A DNA stretch of 64,000 bases from Octopus sinensis (GCF_006345805.1 NC_043021.1:25792001-25856000); one strand, 5' to 3'. Counted from the first letter of the stretch, positions 40,242-52,709 are shown. A program made the numbers and translations. Notes: generated from the sequence alone by a model not told the origin.

Positions 40242-42372
40242 GTATGGCTGCTTTCTGTATTCTAAATGTTTCTTTGTTTCCCTAACCCCTACCCCTTCCC
40301 TGCTTTACAGATCCTCTTTCCCTCCTCTAACCTATTTTATTTGCTTGGAACAGTAAGAAGCAAAAGCCCTTACATAAAACCAGCAACAAGGATGGGGTGA
40401 AGGAGAAGGAGGAGGTCATAAAAGTGGTCCCTGATGGGGGATGATGATTAGGGGGCGTAAGATGATGGTGAAGATTTTGATAATGGTGGTGGTGGTGGTG
40501 GTGGAGGTTTGTTAAGATATTAAAGATGTTAAGGGGCTGATTGTTAAAATGTTGGCTGCGACATTGAACAGGTCAACCTATATATTGAGGAGTGTTCTCA
40601 CTCACATATAATGGTGGTGGTGGTGGTGGTGGTGGTGCTTGTGATGATGCATGTGGTTGCAGCGGCAGCGGAGGTCATCGTCATTGTCGTTGTCATCATG
40701 ATCATAGTGCTTGTGGTGATACTTGTAGTGGTAGTGGTGGCGGTGGTGGTTGAAGAGTAATGTAGCTATTACACAACTATTAATCAACTGCATTCCAACC
40801 GAGACCATTTTGCTTCATTCGCTGCCCCACACCCCATTTTTTTTTTTTTTTCAGAGTATGACATTCCTTTTTTTTTTTTAATTATATTAAAGTGTGATTG
40901 GAAAGAGACTCAGTTGGTATTTCAAGCAGGTTGGGCAACCGCATACAGGTTCTCTCATTGGCTTGACAGCAACAAAGTTTACATTAAGGATTGTAACAAG
41001 GTTGATAACTATGGTAGTAGTAGTAGTAGTAGTTTTGGTGTTGGTCATGGTGATGTATCATAATGTTGGTCATGGTTGTATAGTTAAGAAGTTTGCTTTG
41101 CATCTATCTACCACATGGTTTCAGGTTCAATTCTAGTGCACAACATCCAAGACAGACGTCTCCCCTACACCCTTGACAAACATTTACTGCTTAACCAAAG
41201 ATTTGGGTGAACAAAATTTGGTAGTCAGAGACTATGTGGAAGTCTGTTGGAGGAAGTAGTCCTCTTTGGGGTTCGTAAGTTTCATTTGTCACCCTTGAGT
41301 GACTTTAGCAGAGTTCACTAAATCTTGGAGTCCCTACAGCCAGTGACCTCTTCTCATTAAGCCATCAAAAAAAAAATCTTCTCTCCAGAGATGCTAATTT
41401 TAAGATGGTTAGATTTTCCTTAACTTTCTTCAGGTGATAAATCAACTAGCTAAGGTATTGTTAAATAAACCTCTTACCTGTAAGTTCAAATCTATGATAG
41501 ATGTATCATTGTCCTTCTAACACTATATTCAACTGTCTGAAACAGCTACCAGCTTATCTAAATATGGTAACAGTGTTAGACTAGTATCCTCTCCAGGAGG
41601 AATTTATCTTTTATCCACTTCATGCCATGAGACTAGAATTTGGTTGCACTCTACTTTATGTTCTACTTTAGAACATAAAGTATGCTGGTCATTAAAAAAT
41701 TGCATGAAAGAATTAACCCTTTTGTTAGCATATCTTTGTTGAAACACACAGCCTTTGTTTCAGTTGCTTTCAGAAATAATGAAGAATTATGTAAAATAAC
41801 TTTGTCATTATTAAATTGGTGCTTGGAACATAAACAGAAAATTTTGAAGGAAAGTTTTAATTTAGATCACTTTAAAATTAAATGTTTATATCATAGAAGC
41901 AGGGGCAGTCTCAGGTATCAAAAGGATTAAACTGGCTTTAATTGAGGCACTTTCCCTCTGTCTATTCAAATCTTATTGGTATACTGTGGATACTAGACTG
42001 GTGATGAGCCTGTCAGAGAGCTTGTATGTGTGTGCCCACTCGACCTGCTAGAGACAGCAACCTAAAATTCCCTGAAACTGTACATTCTACTGCCTTAAGT
42101 AAAGAAGGATACATTGGACAATGTTGTCTTTGACTAGATGGTCATGGTGGAATGTCTGTGACTATTGATCAGCTTGGTTGTGAATCTGGAATTAACAGCT
42201 AAATTAGTGTACTGAATATTATAAGTGGTAATGAAACACGAGGGAAATGTGAAACACAAGTATATGTAATATATTCATAGAGTCTTGACGTATTGGTGGA
42301 AGTATTGGTGGTGTGGTTGGTGATGATGGTAGATGTAGTTTTTGGGGGGTAGCAGTGTTAATGGTGGTGATG

Positions 42373-42992
42373 GTGGTGGTAGTGGTGATGGTGGTAGTGG
42401 TGATAGCAGAGATGGTGAAGGTAGTGGTAGCAGTGCTGGTAGTGATGATGGTGGTAGTGGTGATAGCAGAGATGGTGAAGGTAGTGGTAGCAGTGGTGGT
42501 AGTGATGATGGTGGTAGTGGTGATAGCAGAGATGGTGATGGTAGTGGTAGCAGTGGTGGTAGTGATGATGGTGGTAGTGGTGATAGCAGAGATGGTGAAG
42601 GTAGTGGTAGCAGTGGTGGTAGTGATGATGGTGGTAGTGGTGATAGCAGAGATGGTGAAGGTAGTGGTAGCAGTGGTGGTAGTGATGATGGTGGTAGTGG
42701 TGATAGCAGAGATGGTGAAGGTAGTGGTAGCAGTGCTGGTAGTGATGATGGTGGTAGTGGTGATAGCAGAGATGGTGAAGGTAGTGGTAGCAGTGCTGGT
42801 AGTGATGATGGTGGTAGTGGTGATAGCAGAGATGGTGAAGGTAGTGGTAGCAGTGGTGGTAGTGATGATGGTGGTAGTGGTGATAGCAGAGATGGTGAAG
42901 GTAGTGGTAGCAGTGCTGGTAGTGATGATGGTGGTAGTGGTGATAGCAGAGATGGTGAAGGTAGTGGTAGCAGTGCTGGTAGTGATGATGGT
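42373..42992. repeat. Intronic 60-bp minisatellite, about 10 near-identical copies
   Basis: Unit GTAGTGGTAGCAGTG(C/G)TGGTAGTGATGATGGTGGTAGTGGTGATAGCAGAGATGGTGAAG recurs every 60 nt. Confidence 0.97.
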
Positions 42993-43077
42993 AGCTTTGA
43001 TGGTAGTGTAATATACAATGGTAGGCTGAGTAATTCAAATGATATCTAGTCCTTGCACATCTTTTTTTATATTACAG

Positions 43078-43290
43078 CTTCTTCTGCCCCTTAACGTTAA
43101 TGTATCATCTCGAGACAAAGATGGACTGTCACCGAGTATGTGGGCCTGTCGCCTTGACCACATTGACCACTTTGAACTGTTATGTAAAGCCAACCAATGG
43201 CAGAATGATGAAGAAGTTGAAACTGATGACAGTGGACGTACATGGCTTCACTGGGCAGTCCGCAGAACAGAACCCCTTGAATGTTTGCAG
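43078..43290 (+). CDS. Ankyrin-repeat protein, exon B
   Basis: ttttttatattacAG acceptor (phase 0), 213 nt. LLLPLNVNVSSRDKDGLSPSMWAC...DDSGRTWLHWAVRRTEPLECLQ. Donor CAG|GTAAAA. Confidence 0.93.
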
Positions 43291-43674
43291 GTAAAAGACA
43301 AAGGCTCTCCCCTTGCTAACCTTACACTCGGTCTCTAAAATTCTTTTTTAAAATAAATATTTCCTACACACTTCTTTCATCACTTTAGTTCTCAGTTTCT
43401 GCTTCTGTGTTTAACCTTTATTTCATACATTAATTCCAAACTTTATTCCTAACTATCCATTACATTGATCTGCTAGAAACAGCAGCTAATTCTCTCTCTT
43501 AAATACAGCCTACCATCAAGAAAATGGAAGTATTGGATAATATGGTCTTGGAATTCTTACACATAAGGAAAAAAATGATATCATTATATATATATATATA
43601 TATATAATGATACCATCCCGTCATGAGGCTAACATAAACTCTAACAGAATTATATATATATATATATATATATT

Positions 43675-43973
43675 ACAGTTTTATATTTAAGAGATGAGGA
43701 ATTATGTACATTATTTACATTTGACAGATATTTGTCCTCATCTTGTTTGTTGTTAACACGTTTCAGCTGATATACCCTCCAACCTTCATCAGGTGTCTTG
43801 GGGAAATTTCGAACCTGGGTTCTCATTCCTAAGATATTTTTCAATGTTACTATTATTATTATTATTATTATCATTATTATTATCATTATTATTATTATTA
43901 TTATTTAGGTCACAGCCTGGAATCGAACTTGGAGTCTTGGGGTTAGTAGCCCGTGCTCTTAACCACTACACCA
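43675..43973 (-). mobile_element. tRNA-headed element with hammerhead-like body, minus copy
   Basis: - strand order: A-box TGGTGTAGTGG, B-box AGTTCGATTCC, (AAT)n, body with CTGATGA-A-GGTTG..CAGCT-GAAAC, then (TA)n. Confidence 0.75.
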
Positions 43974-44056
43974 GGCTACTAACCACTACACAGGCTACTA
44001 ACCCCAAGATTCTGAGTTCGATTCCAGGCTGTGACCGGAATAATAATAATAATAAT

Positions 44057-44455
44057 CATCATCTTCATCATCATCATCGTTTAACATCCGCCTTCCATGC
44101 TAGCATGGGTTGGACAGTTCAACTGGGGTCTGGGAAGCCCGAAGGCTGCACCAGGCCAGTCAACTCTGGCAGTGTTTCTACAGCTGGATGCCCTTCCTAA
44201 TGCCAACCACTCCGTGAGTGTAGTGGGTGCTTTTTATGTGCCACCGACACAGGTGCCAGACGAGGCTGGCAAACAGCCACGCTCGGATGGTGCTTTTTAC
44301 GTGCCACCGGCACGGAGGCCAGGCGAGGCTGGCAACGGCCATGATCAGATGGTGTTTGTTATGTGCCACCAGCATGGAGGCCAGTCAATGCGGTGCTGGC
44401 AAGTTCGGACGGTTCTCTTATGTGCCACCGGCACTGGTACCACAACTACAAATTC
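44057..44455 (-). mobile_element. Family A retroposon nested in an (AAT)n tract
   Basis: (CAT)n followed by the reverse complement of the 17025-17500 family. Confidence 0.85.
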
Positions 44456-44469
44456 CAACAACAACAACA

Positions 44470-45477
44470 ATAATAATTAATTCGTTTATTGGCTACAAGG
44501 GCTGACAGAAATTAATTAAAACATAAAGGGACAAAACACAGGACGAAAGTTACAAAGGGTTTTGTCTGTTTGCAAAAAAAACGTGTAAAAATTCCAGAGA
44601 TAACAACGAAAATATAACAATTGAAATTCCCAATAGGGGAAGGAGCTTCGAAAGGTTACTCGTGGAAAAACCCATAAAAGCCACGGGAACCTGGTCAAAA
44701 GTGGAGTAGAGAGCCCCTTTCTCTTTTTATAATACTTTTTTATACTACAGGTGTATCCTCAGAATTGGTCCATTTATACTGGCCATTCTTGTGACGTTTA
44801 CCCACCTTTCAGTAAACTTGCCATCAGACAGCCCTTCCCTCTCTACTCTCACCTTCCTTTTCAAGTGAAACTTGAAAAAGTTGATGAGGCCTTGGCCAAA
44901 GAGGAAAATGTCTGACCTTAGCCCTTTCAAACGGGTCCACCATACCACCTCTTTCGCTACAGCCACTAGACACAGGAAAACAGCCTTTCCCTCCTTGTTA
45001 AAGGAAGTCAGCGGGGCAATCCTCACTATGGATTCAGCTGATAGCCAGATCCGTCCTATACACGACAGTAGCTGTTCGACATAAACCCATAGTCCAGCAA
45101 TACTCGGGCACTGGAGGAGTGCATGCAGAATGGTTTCGTCATCCTGGGCACACCTCGGGCAGGCCTGACTGACAGCACTTCCATGCCGGTAGAGTTTATC
45201 TTGAACAGGCAGAGCCCCTCGGTAGCACTGCCAGGCGAGGGACTTTTGGAAATTGTCCATTGGCCCTGGCCCGAAAGTTCTTCCAAATTGACTGTTCAAT
45301 TCATTATCATCAACACCTAGAGTTTCCCCGAGAACGTCATCTCACTTTTCTTCCACTAACCCTCTATAGAATGCTAGAGTGGAACTACAGCCGATCGCAT
45401 TGCCCGCTTGGTGGAGGGCTCTCTAGCTTGACGGCACTCGAGGTACCAAGCGGCCTTTTTCTGTCTGCATTTGATCC
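44470..45477 (-). mobile_element. 5'-truncated L1/Tx1-clade LINE
   Basis: ORF 44745..45299 has a zf-RVT motif (LPVQDKL..CPRCAQDDETILHALLQC..LW), followed by a T-rich 3' UTR. Confidence 0.88.
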
Positions 45478-45527
45478 ACATTGTAAAATACCTTAGGAAT
45501 GAAAACCCAGGTTTGAAATTTCCCAAA

Positions 45528-45570
45528 GACACCTGATGAAGGCTGGAGGGTATATCAGCCGAAACGTGTT
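45528..45570 (+). ncRNA. Hammerhead ribozyme-like core of Penelope type; activity doubtful
   Basis: GACAC-CTGATGA-A-GGCTG-gagggtatat-CAGCC-GAAAC-GTGTT. Both catalytic boxes and a perfect 5-bp stem II are present. Confidence 0.6.
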
Positions 45571-45631
45571 AACAACAAACAAGATGAGGACAAATATCCA
45601 TGAAATGTAAATAATGCATGTATGTAAATAT

Positions 45632-45670
<39 letters not shown>

Positions 45671-46041
45671 CATTGTTTAATGCCCATTTTCCAATCATGT
45701 GCATGGGTAGGATGGTTGACAGGAGCCAGCCAGGTAGAAAAACTACCTTATGCTTCTGAGTCTCGATGCACTTTCTATCACAAGCCATTCTGCAGGATGG
45801 ATTCAGTGCTTTTTACATGGCTCTAGCGCAGGCGAGGTTAGTTTTGGCAAGATTTTTACAGCTGGATGCTTTTCCAAATGCCAACCACTTTACAGTGTGG
45901 ACTAGATGCTTTTTATGTGGCACCAGCACTGGTAGGGTCACCAAGTAACTCACAAGACAAGGAATTATGAGAGGGGCATTTGATGAGGGGAACTTGTGTC
46001 GGAGGATAACTTGTGTCTGATAAAGAGTCAGAGTAGCAGAA

Positions 46042-46078
<37 letters not shown>

Positions 46079-46146
46079 AATAACAACTAGAGTGTTTAGA
46101 GTGTGATGCAATAGGTGAGTGTACCGATGTGTGATTTTGGCAATTC

Positions 46147-46343
46147 ATTGTGTATTGAGTCAGCCATTTGTGAATGTATACACAACTGGATTACACATCT
46201 GTCTTCACTTTAGTAAGCATGTATTTATCCTTAAATATTGTTTGTACACAACAAAGCCTGACCAAAGTCATGCTTACTAAAGTGAAGACGGATGTGTAAT
46301 CCAGTTGTGTATACATTCACAAATGGCTGACTGAATACACAAT
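46147..46343. repeat. 75-bp inverted repeat (2 mismatches, 47-nt loop)
   Basis: 46147-46221 versus 46269-46343, followed shortly by (TA)n. Confidence 0.92.
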
Positions 46344-46392
46344 TTAACTACCCGATTCTCTTGAATCCTGGAAACTTTATATATATATATAG

Positions 46393-46858
46393 GTACAGGA
46401 GTGGCTGCATGATTAAGAAGAATACTTCCCAACCACATGATTGCAGATTCAGTCCCACTGCATGGCACCTTGGGCAAGTATCTTCTACTATAGCCTTGGG
46501 TTAACCAAAGCCTTGTGAGTGGATTTGGTGGATGGAAACTGAAAGAATCTCATCATGTATATATATATATGTATATGTATGTATATGTGCTTGTATGTAT
46601 GTATGTATGTATGTATGTATGTATGTATGTATGCATGTATGTGTGTGTATCTGTGTTCCCCCCCCCATCACCACTTGACAACTGGTGTGGGTATGTTTAC
46701 ATTCCCATAACTTAGCGGTTCTGCAAAAGAGGGACCAATAGAATAAGTACCAGCCTTAAAAAGAAATAAGTATTGGGGTCGATTCATTCAACTAAAAATT
46801 CAAGGTGGTGCACCAGCATGGTCGCAGTCTAATGACTGGAACAGGTAAAAAGTAAAAT
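46393..46858 (+). mobile_element. Full-length SINE family B copy
   Basis: Head, microsatellite centre and tail are all present. Confidence 0.85.
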
Positions 46859-47099
46859 ATACATGTCTATATATATGTATGTATGTATATTATGAGCTTC
46901 CATAGAGTCTCTGTCAAGCATCTTCACTCCCCAGGTACTGGTTGACCTGGGGCTAAAGTAAAAGACATTCATCCAAGATGGTGTACAGTGGGACTCAACC
47001 CAAAACTACAGGGTTGTAAAGCAAGCTTCTTAACCGCAGAACCATACCTGCATGTTTTACATGTAATATGCTTGCCTAAACAGGTTTTTCTTTTTCCTT

Positions 47100-48600
47100 G
47101 TTGTTGTCCTCCACAGTTGAAGAGACTTTAACAGGAAGTTCAAAGTCGTACTTCTTGTTCTTCATGTTGTGTTTTGTTGTAATTTGAGTGAATTAAGTTT
47201 ATTTGAGTTTTTTTTTTATATATATTTATGCCTTGTATAGTTTGTTTTATGTGTGTGAGTTTTAGGATGGTGTGTTCCTATGTTTTCAAATAAACTTGTC
47301 TATTTTGTGTCAAGTTGTCAGCAGAACATTTTTCTCACACTTCATTTTATTTTACCTGTCCATCCTTTTATTTTTCAGTGTCAATTTTTCATTGTTTCAC
47401 TAAATTTCTTTAGTGGATTTTTCCACCTGTCTGCACTTAATGTGTTCAGGGCAATATTAACGATTAATGAGTCTTTTATAAAGCAGAAATACTCTAATTT
47501 GAATGATATTTCACTGTTAGTTCTCTGAACTTCCTTGCTTATAAGCCAAGAAGAGCAGCTTATATAGACTGTGGCTTTGTGTATGGCTACAAAATGCTAC
47601 TATACGGCTTGCTTTTGCTGATGTTTGATTAAACTTTTTGCAGGTGACATGGATATCTGACATATCAAGTAATTGTTATTGTGTTTTCTGTTTTCATGTG
47701 AATATTTGAATTTCTGTGTTACATCAGAAACACCCAAGGCTCTTTCAGACCTGGTACTCAGAGAATAGTTGTAAATCTCTATATAATGAGCTTTCTGGAG
47801 ACTGGTAGTCTCTTACCATTTATTACTAAAACATACACATTACTTGCACATTTATATATATTTTTAACAATAAGATGGATGAATGAGAAGAGTAGTTCTT
47901 TCTTTTCATTTCATCATGTTTCATTATTAAAAGTTTTGTATGGAACACAATGGTCCCATGAAAAGAAAACAAAGTAATGTCAGAATATTTTGTTCATAGT
48001 GGGAAGACTGTGTTCAAATAGAAACAAGAATATACCTGAAATAGCGACCAGTGTGTTAGTATTAGTGTTGATGGTTCATTTTACAACACAGCATTTTGAA
48101 TTTTAACTGTAGATGGAGACTCTGCTAAATACAAGAATTTGTCAACTGCTATGTTTCACATTTAATGTCACTGACCTCCTGACATTTAGACTGTCTGCCT
48201 GTCAAATTCTATCTTTTCTCTCCCAACCTGGTCTCTTTTTTCATGATCTAGAACAAACCTGATTGGACAGGTCAGTGGTGACATCATCACTCCAAAATCT
48301 GGGAACGTTTAACATAATTTTCAGGGATGAGACTTTGCTGATCTGATGTCATTAGTCAAGCTGCCAGAACTCTAGCTGTTGTTTAAAAACAATTTTCTGA
48401 TTGGAAATCAAAGGGCCCCTTCTGCAAAATACTACTTGTGAAGTGGATAACAAAGTGTGTCGGTCTAAAGGTGGACTGTAACAACACATTTGGTAATGCA
48501 TAATAATGTCATTGCACTGACAGGCCCAACCAGTCTGGTGGTGAGAGCAACGATTGTCAGCCACGTTGGCTTTAGACCTTGTGAATCATCAGCTGATCTT
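47100..48600 (-). mobile_element. Possible heavily decayed Penelope-like RT relic
   Basis: Faint motifs in the expected order (KFKYSH.., LAYKQ, YKRLINR*YCPEHI versus the PLE consensus KFT..FLD..PYSQ..RGYP). CTGATGA on the - strand near 48590. Confidence 0.3.
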
Positions 48601-49647
48601 AACAGACATATCAAGACACAGGGGGGATATGGCACATGGGTGTATGGCACACGTATGGATGTATGATACATGGACATGTGGCAGTGAACAGATATTGACT
48701 GAAAATGAAATAATGAGACAACTTGTCATCTGACAAATGAAACAATCATCAAGTTTATAAGCAATTATGTATGTCTGTAAGTGTATGCATGTGGGTGTGT
48801 GTCTGCATATATATGTGTCTGCATGCATCACCGTATATGCGATGTGTGCGAGTCTTATGCATATGTTCATATATATAGTTATGTATGTATGTGTGCATAT
48901 ATGTCTGTGTGTTTGCATGAATGTATGTACATATATATGTGTACGTGTGTGTGTATGCATGTGATTTTTCATGAATATATGTATATGTTTGTGTGTGTGT
49001 GTGTGTGTGTATGCATGCATCCATATATCTATGCATGTTTTATGTAATTTTTTTGTATAGTTATGCATGTGTTTGTATGTATATATATGTATGTGTATTT
49101 ACATGAGTGTACTTCAGTATGGCTGTGTATATATGTAAGTATGTTTCTATTTACGCATGTATGTACGTGTGTGTTTATCTATTTCTGTATATATACATTC
49201 ATATATGTGTGTACAACAGTATGTAAAAAGAAATATGCAAACACACACACACACACACACACATACACACACACACATGTATGTGTGAAGGCATGTAGTC
49301 AAGTGTTTCATTCATGATCACAAGATCATGGTTTCAATTCCCGGACTGGGTGGTGTGTTGTCTTTTTGAGCAAGTTCATTCATTTAAACTGGGAGCTAGT
49401 TCATTCAGTTATGACTGGAACAACACTGCAATGGACTAGCATCCCATTCAAGGGAATGTTATGATCTTGGTTACTTTTAATGTGAGGGAAACCAGATAAC
49501 TGACCCTAAAACTCAAGGCAGTAATATCCAGGAGACTTTTTTTTTTAATATGTGTATGTTTGACTAATGATATGTGACTCTGTAAGTCTCACTAGTGATT
49601 TAATAATTTGTGCTTTTTTAAACCTATTTCACTCGTTTCTATTTCAG

Positions 49648-49723
49648 ACCTTACTCACCAAAGACTCTGCGGCATTGAGAGACAAAGAGGGAAAAACTGT
49701 TATTTTAGTTGCAGCTGAACTGG
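49648..49723 (+). CDS. Ankyrin-repeat protein, exon C (absent from the ORF track)
   Basis: tttctatttcAG acceptor (phase 0). TLLTKDSAALRDKEGKTVILVAAEL-G. Donor G|GTAATG (phase 1). Bridges exons B and D in frame. Confidence 0.9.
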
Positions 49724-50152
49724 GTAATGATAGTATTTATTAATTACAATTTATTGATAATTGGTTTCCATTTATTCTCTTAGTCTTTTGCTGGTTTCAG
49801 TCATAGAGCTGCAGTCATTTTCAGGTACTACTTTCAAGTATGTAGCTTTATAGATAAATTAGAAGATTGTGTGTGTGCGTGCATGTGTGTGTGTGTGCAT
49901 ATGTGTGTGTGTGTGTGTGCATATGTGTGTGTGTGTGTGTGTGTGCCATCTAAGAATCCTTAAGTCAGGAGAAAATGCACTCAAATATCTGTCAGTAAAA
50001 TGGGTATATTAATCGAAGTGTACAGTGCACAGAGGTGGCAGTTATGGAATTCCGTAACTGCCATCTCTGAAGAGTGCAGGGTTACATAATCAGACTTTTA
50101 CCTAACACTCTGTTGAACCCCAAGTGTGAAACCAATTGTTAAGATTTGATTA

Positions 50153-50533
50153 GGTGCAGGAGTGGCTGTGTAGTACGTAGCTTGCTTACCGACCACATAG
50201 TTCTGGGTTAAGTCCCACTGCATGGTACCTTGGGCAAGTATCTTCTATTATAACCCCGGACCGACCAAACCCTGCAAATGGATTTGGTAGACGGAAGCTG
50301 AAAGAAGCCTATCATATGTGTATATGTGTGTGTCTGTTTGTTCCCCCCAACCATCGTTTGACAACCAATATTGGTGTGTTTATGTCCCGTAACTTAGCAG
50401 TTCAGCAAAAGATACCAATAGAAAAAGCACTAGGCTTACAAAGAATAAGTCCTGGGGTCAATTCATTTGACTAAAGGCGATGCTCCAGTATGACTGCAGT
50501 CAAATGACTGAAACAAGTAAAAGAATAAAAGAA
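50153..50533 (+). mobile_element. Full-length SINE family B copy
   Basis: GCAGGAGTGGCTGTGTAG head through the GACTGAAACAAGTAAAAGAAT tail. Confidence 0.88.
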
Positions 50534-50574
50534 TATCATCTTTTTATTTATCTATAAAACTGCATAACTGAAAA

Positions 50575-51590
50575 TATAATAATAATATTAATAAAACATT
50601 GTGTACAGTGCTCAGGTGCACTACAACTCATCTAAAGTGCATGTATAGTACATAGGGTAATGTACAAGCGTCAGGAAAAGAACAGTGCATGAGTCATGAC
50701 ATACACATATGTGTATGAGTATGGAAGGGGGACAATCTGGTGTAGTTTCGGCGGATTTCGGAAAGCATGAGGGCCTTAAAGAATGCAGTGTCATGGCAGT
50801 CAACAACTGATGCAGGCATTTTGTTCCATGCTTCAGCAACTCTTAGCGTGAAAAAATGTTTCCGAAAGTCATAGGAGCTGTGCTGTTTTCTGACTTTGTA
50901 GGTATATCCACGTGTGTTGGACACATGGAGATCAAAAAGGTGTTCAGTGTTGTTGTTGGTGAGGTGGTTGATAACTTCGTGGGTGTTTACCAAGTCCATC
51001 GCCAGACGCCGGAGCTTCAGTGAATCCATGCCCAGGGAAACAAGGCGCTCAGAGTATGGTAGGTGTCTGATGGAGGGTATGCGTTTGGTTGCACGTCTCT
51101 GAACAGATTCCAGGAGGTCAATGTTCTGAACAAGATAGGGGTTCCAAACTGATGATGCGAATTCCAAGTGTGGTTGTACCATAGCTGTATACAGCTTTAA
51201 ATAGATGACTGGAGAGCGGCTAACAAAAGTCTTGCTGAGTGATGCCAAGACACCCTCGACCTTCTTGACAATTTTAGAGATATGCTTTGTCCAACGCAAA
51301 TCACTGCTGACAGTGATGCCTAGGTCACGCTCGCAAGAGGATTTCTTGAAATCAGTGTTGTGGAGGGAGTATGTGGACGCAGGGTTTTTTCTCCCAAAAT
51401 GCAGGGTGGTACACTTGTCCACAGCTAGTTTCAGTTGCCAGTCTGTGATCCATTGCTGCATTGTGTCCAGGTCTGATTGCAGGAAAGAGTTGTAGACATC
51501 AGGATCTGTCCTCTTGATTTCAAGGTACAGCTTGATGTTGTCTGCATGTTTCAATACTGTGGCATTCTTTAAATTGGCATAAGTTTTGTA
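50575..51590 (-). mobile_element. 5'-truncated CR1-like LINE with an open RT C-terminal frame
   Basis: ORF 50694..51617: HADNIKLY (a YADD-like motif), LQSDLD..W..WQL..KC, ERDLGI, LY..VQPHLEFASSVWNP, LESVQRRATK. Confidence 0.92.
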
Positions 51591-52622
51591 ATGGCAGCAA
51601 GAAGGGTATCTGGCCATAGAGAATCTTCCTTAACAAATACTGTGCAACTTATGCAAGCATTAAACGATGTTGAAGCAGTGGCAGTAGCAGTAAATTCTAA
51701 AGGTCAAAAATGCGAATCTGGTGAGTGGGACTCTAATGGTAATGTGCTGACCATAAGGTCTACCATAAGATCTACCACAAGGTCTACATAGACAAAAGTT
51801 AGCCTCTATAAAAAGAGGCAGCACAGAAGGCACCGATACTTCATAGCATGAAGAGAAGGTTGAGATAGTTGGCAAATGCTGACAGCAAGGAATTTAGAAC
51901 TTCATTATTCCAAACAGACTATAAGAGGTCTGATAGGGAGATGTGAAAGATCCTTATATTCTAACATAGTTGTGTTTTCAAAATATATTACCTATGCACC
52001 TATCCGTCTGTATGTATTTATATACAGGTAGAATAGTTTGTGAGTTGTTATATAGATGTGTGTGTGTGTGTGTGTATACATATATGTATATGTACATGTA
52101 TGTAGGCAAATGGATATAAATGTAAACAGATAGACATACAGACGGATAGGAACATAGGTAATATGAACAGACAAGCACACATACACATATGCAAATGAAG
52201 ACTGAAACATGTGACCATATACACACACACACTTCCCTTCACACAAGGACACATAGGGAGATACACATCCACACATACGGACACAGTACACAGTCACAAA
52301 AACCCACACATACACACTCACACTCAGAAATGCACACACAAGGAGATAAAGGTACACACACACACACATATCTTTATGTATATATCTTTGTCCCACCCAT
52401 GCTAGCATGTAAGGCGGATGTTAAATGATGATGATATACATATAAATCTTTATATATGCAAATATATACATATATATATATGTACATATATGTATATATA
52501 CATATATATCTTCATATATGTGTGTATGTATATAAATATATATCTTTATATACGTATATATATATCTTTTTAACAATATTAAGGAATGGCCCTGATAAGC
52601 CATTCAACCTAAATATATATAT

Positions 52623-52709
<87 letters not shown>

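Larger units (their letters stand above)
43993..45625 (+). mobile_element. Same element, plus copy, interrupted by two later insertions
   Basis: Partial tRNA head 43993-44036, (AAT)n, a SINE-A and an L1 insertion, body 45478-45620 inverse to about 43705-43846, then (TA)n. Confidence 0.7.

Noticed and set aside
42275-43049. Four long ORFs (Gly/Ser/Asp-, Val-, Pro/Leu- and His/Tyr-rich) resembling biomineral or beak proteins
   Set aside because: All arise from one 60-bp repeat in an intron. There is no signal peptide and no splice site compatible with exon B (the donor at 43021 is phase 1 in the Gly/Ser frame, while exon B is phase 0).
43908-44036. Functional tRNA gene
   Set aside because: The acceptor stem is incomplete, there is no oligo-T terminator, and it is embedded in a repeat. 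Treated as a SINE-type head.
48589-49317. His/Thr/Tyr/Cys/Val-rich ORF cluster (also at 10423, 19301 and 51978-52924)
   Set aside because: Translations of decayed (CA)n, (TA)n and (TATG)n microsatellites.
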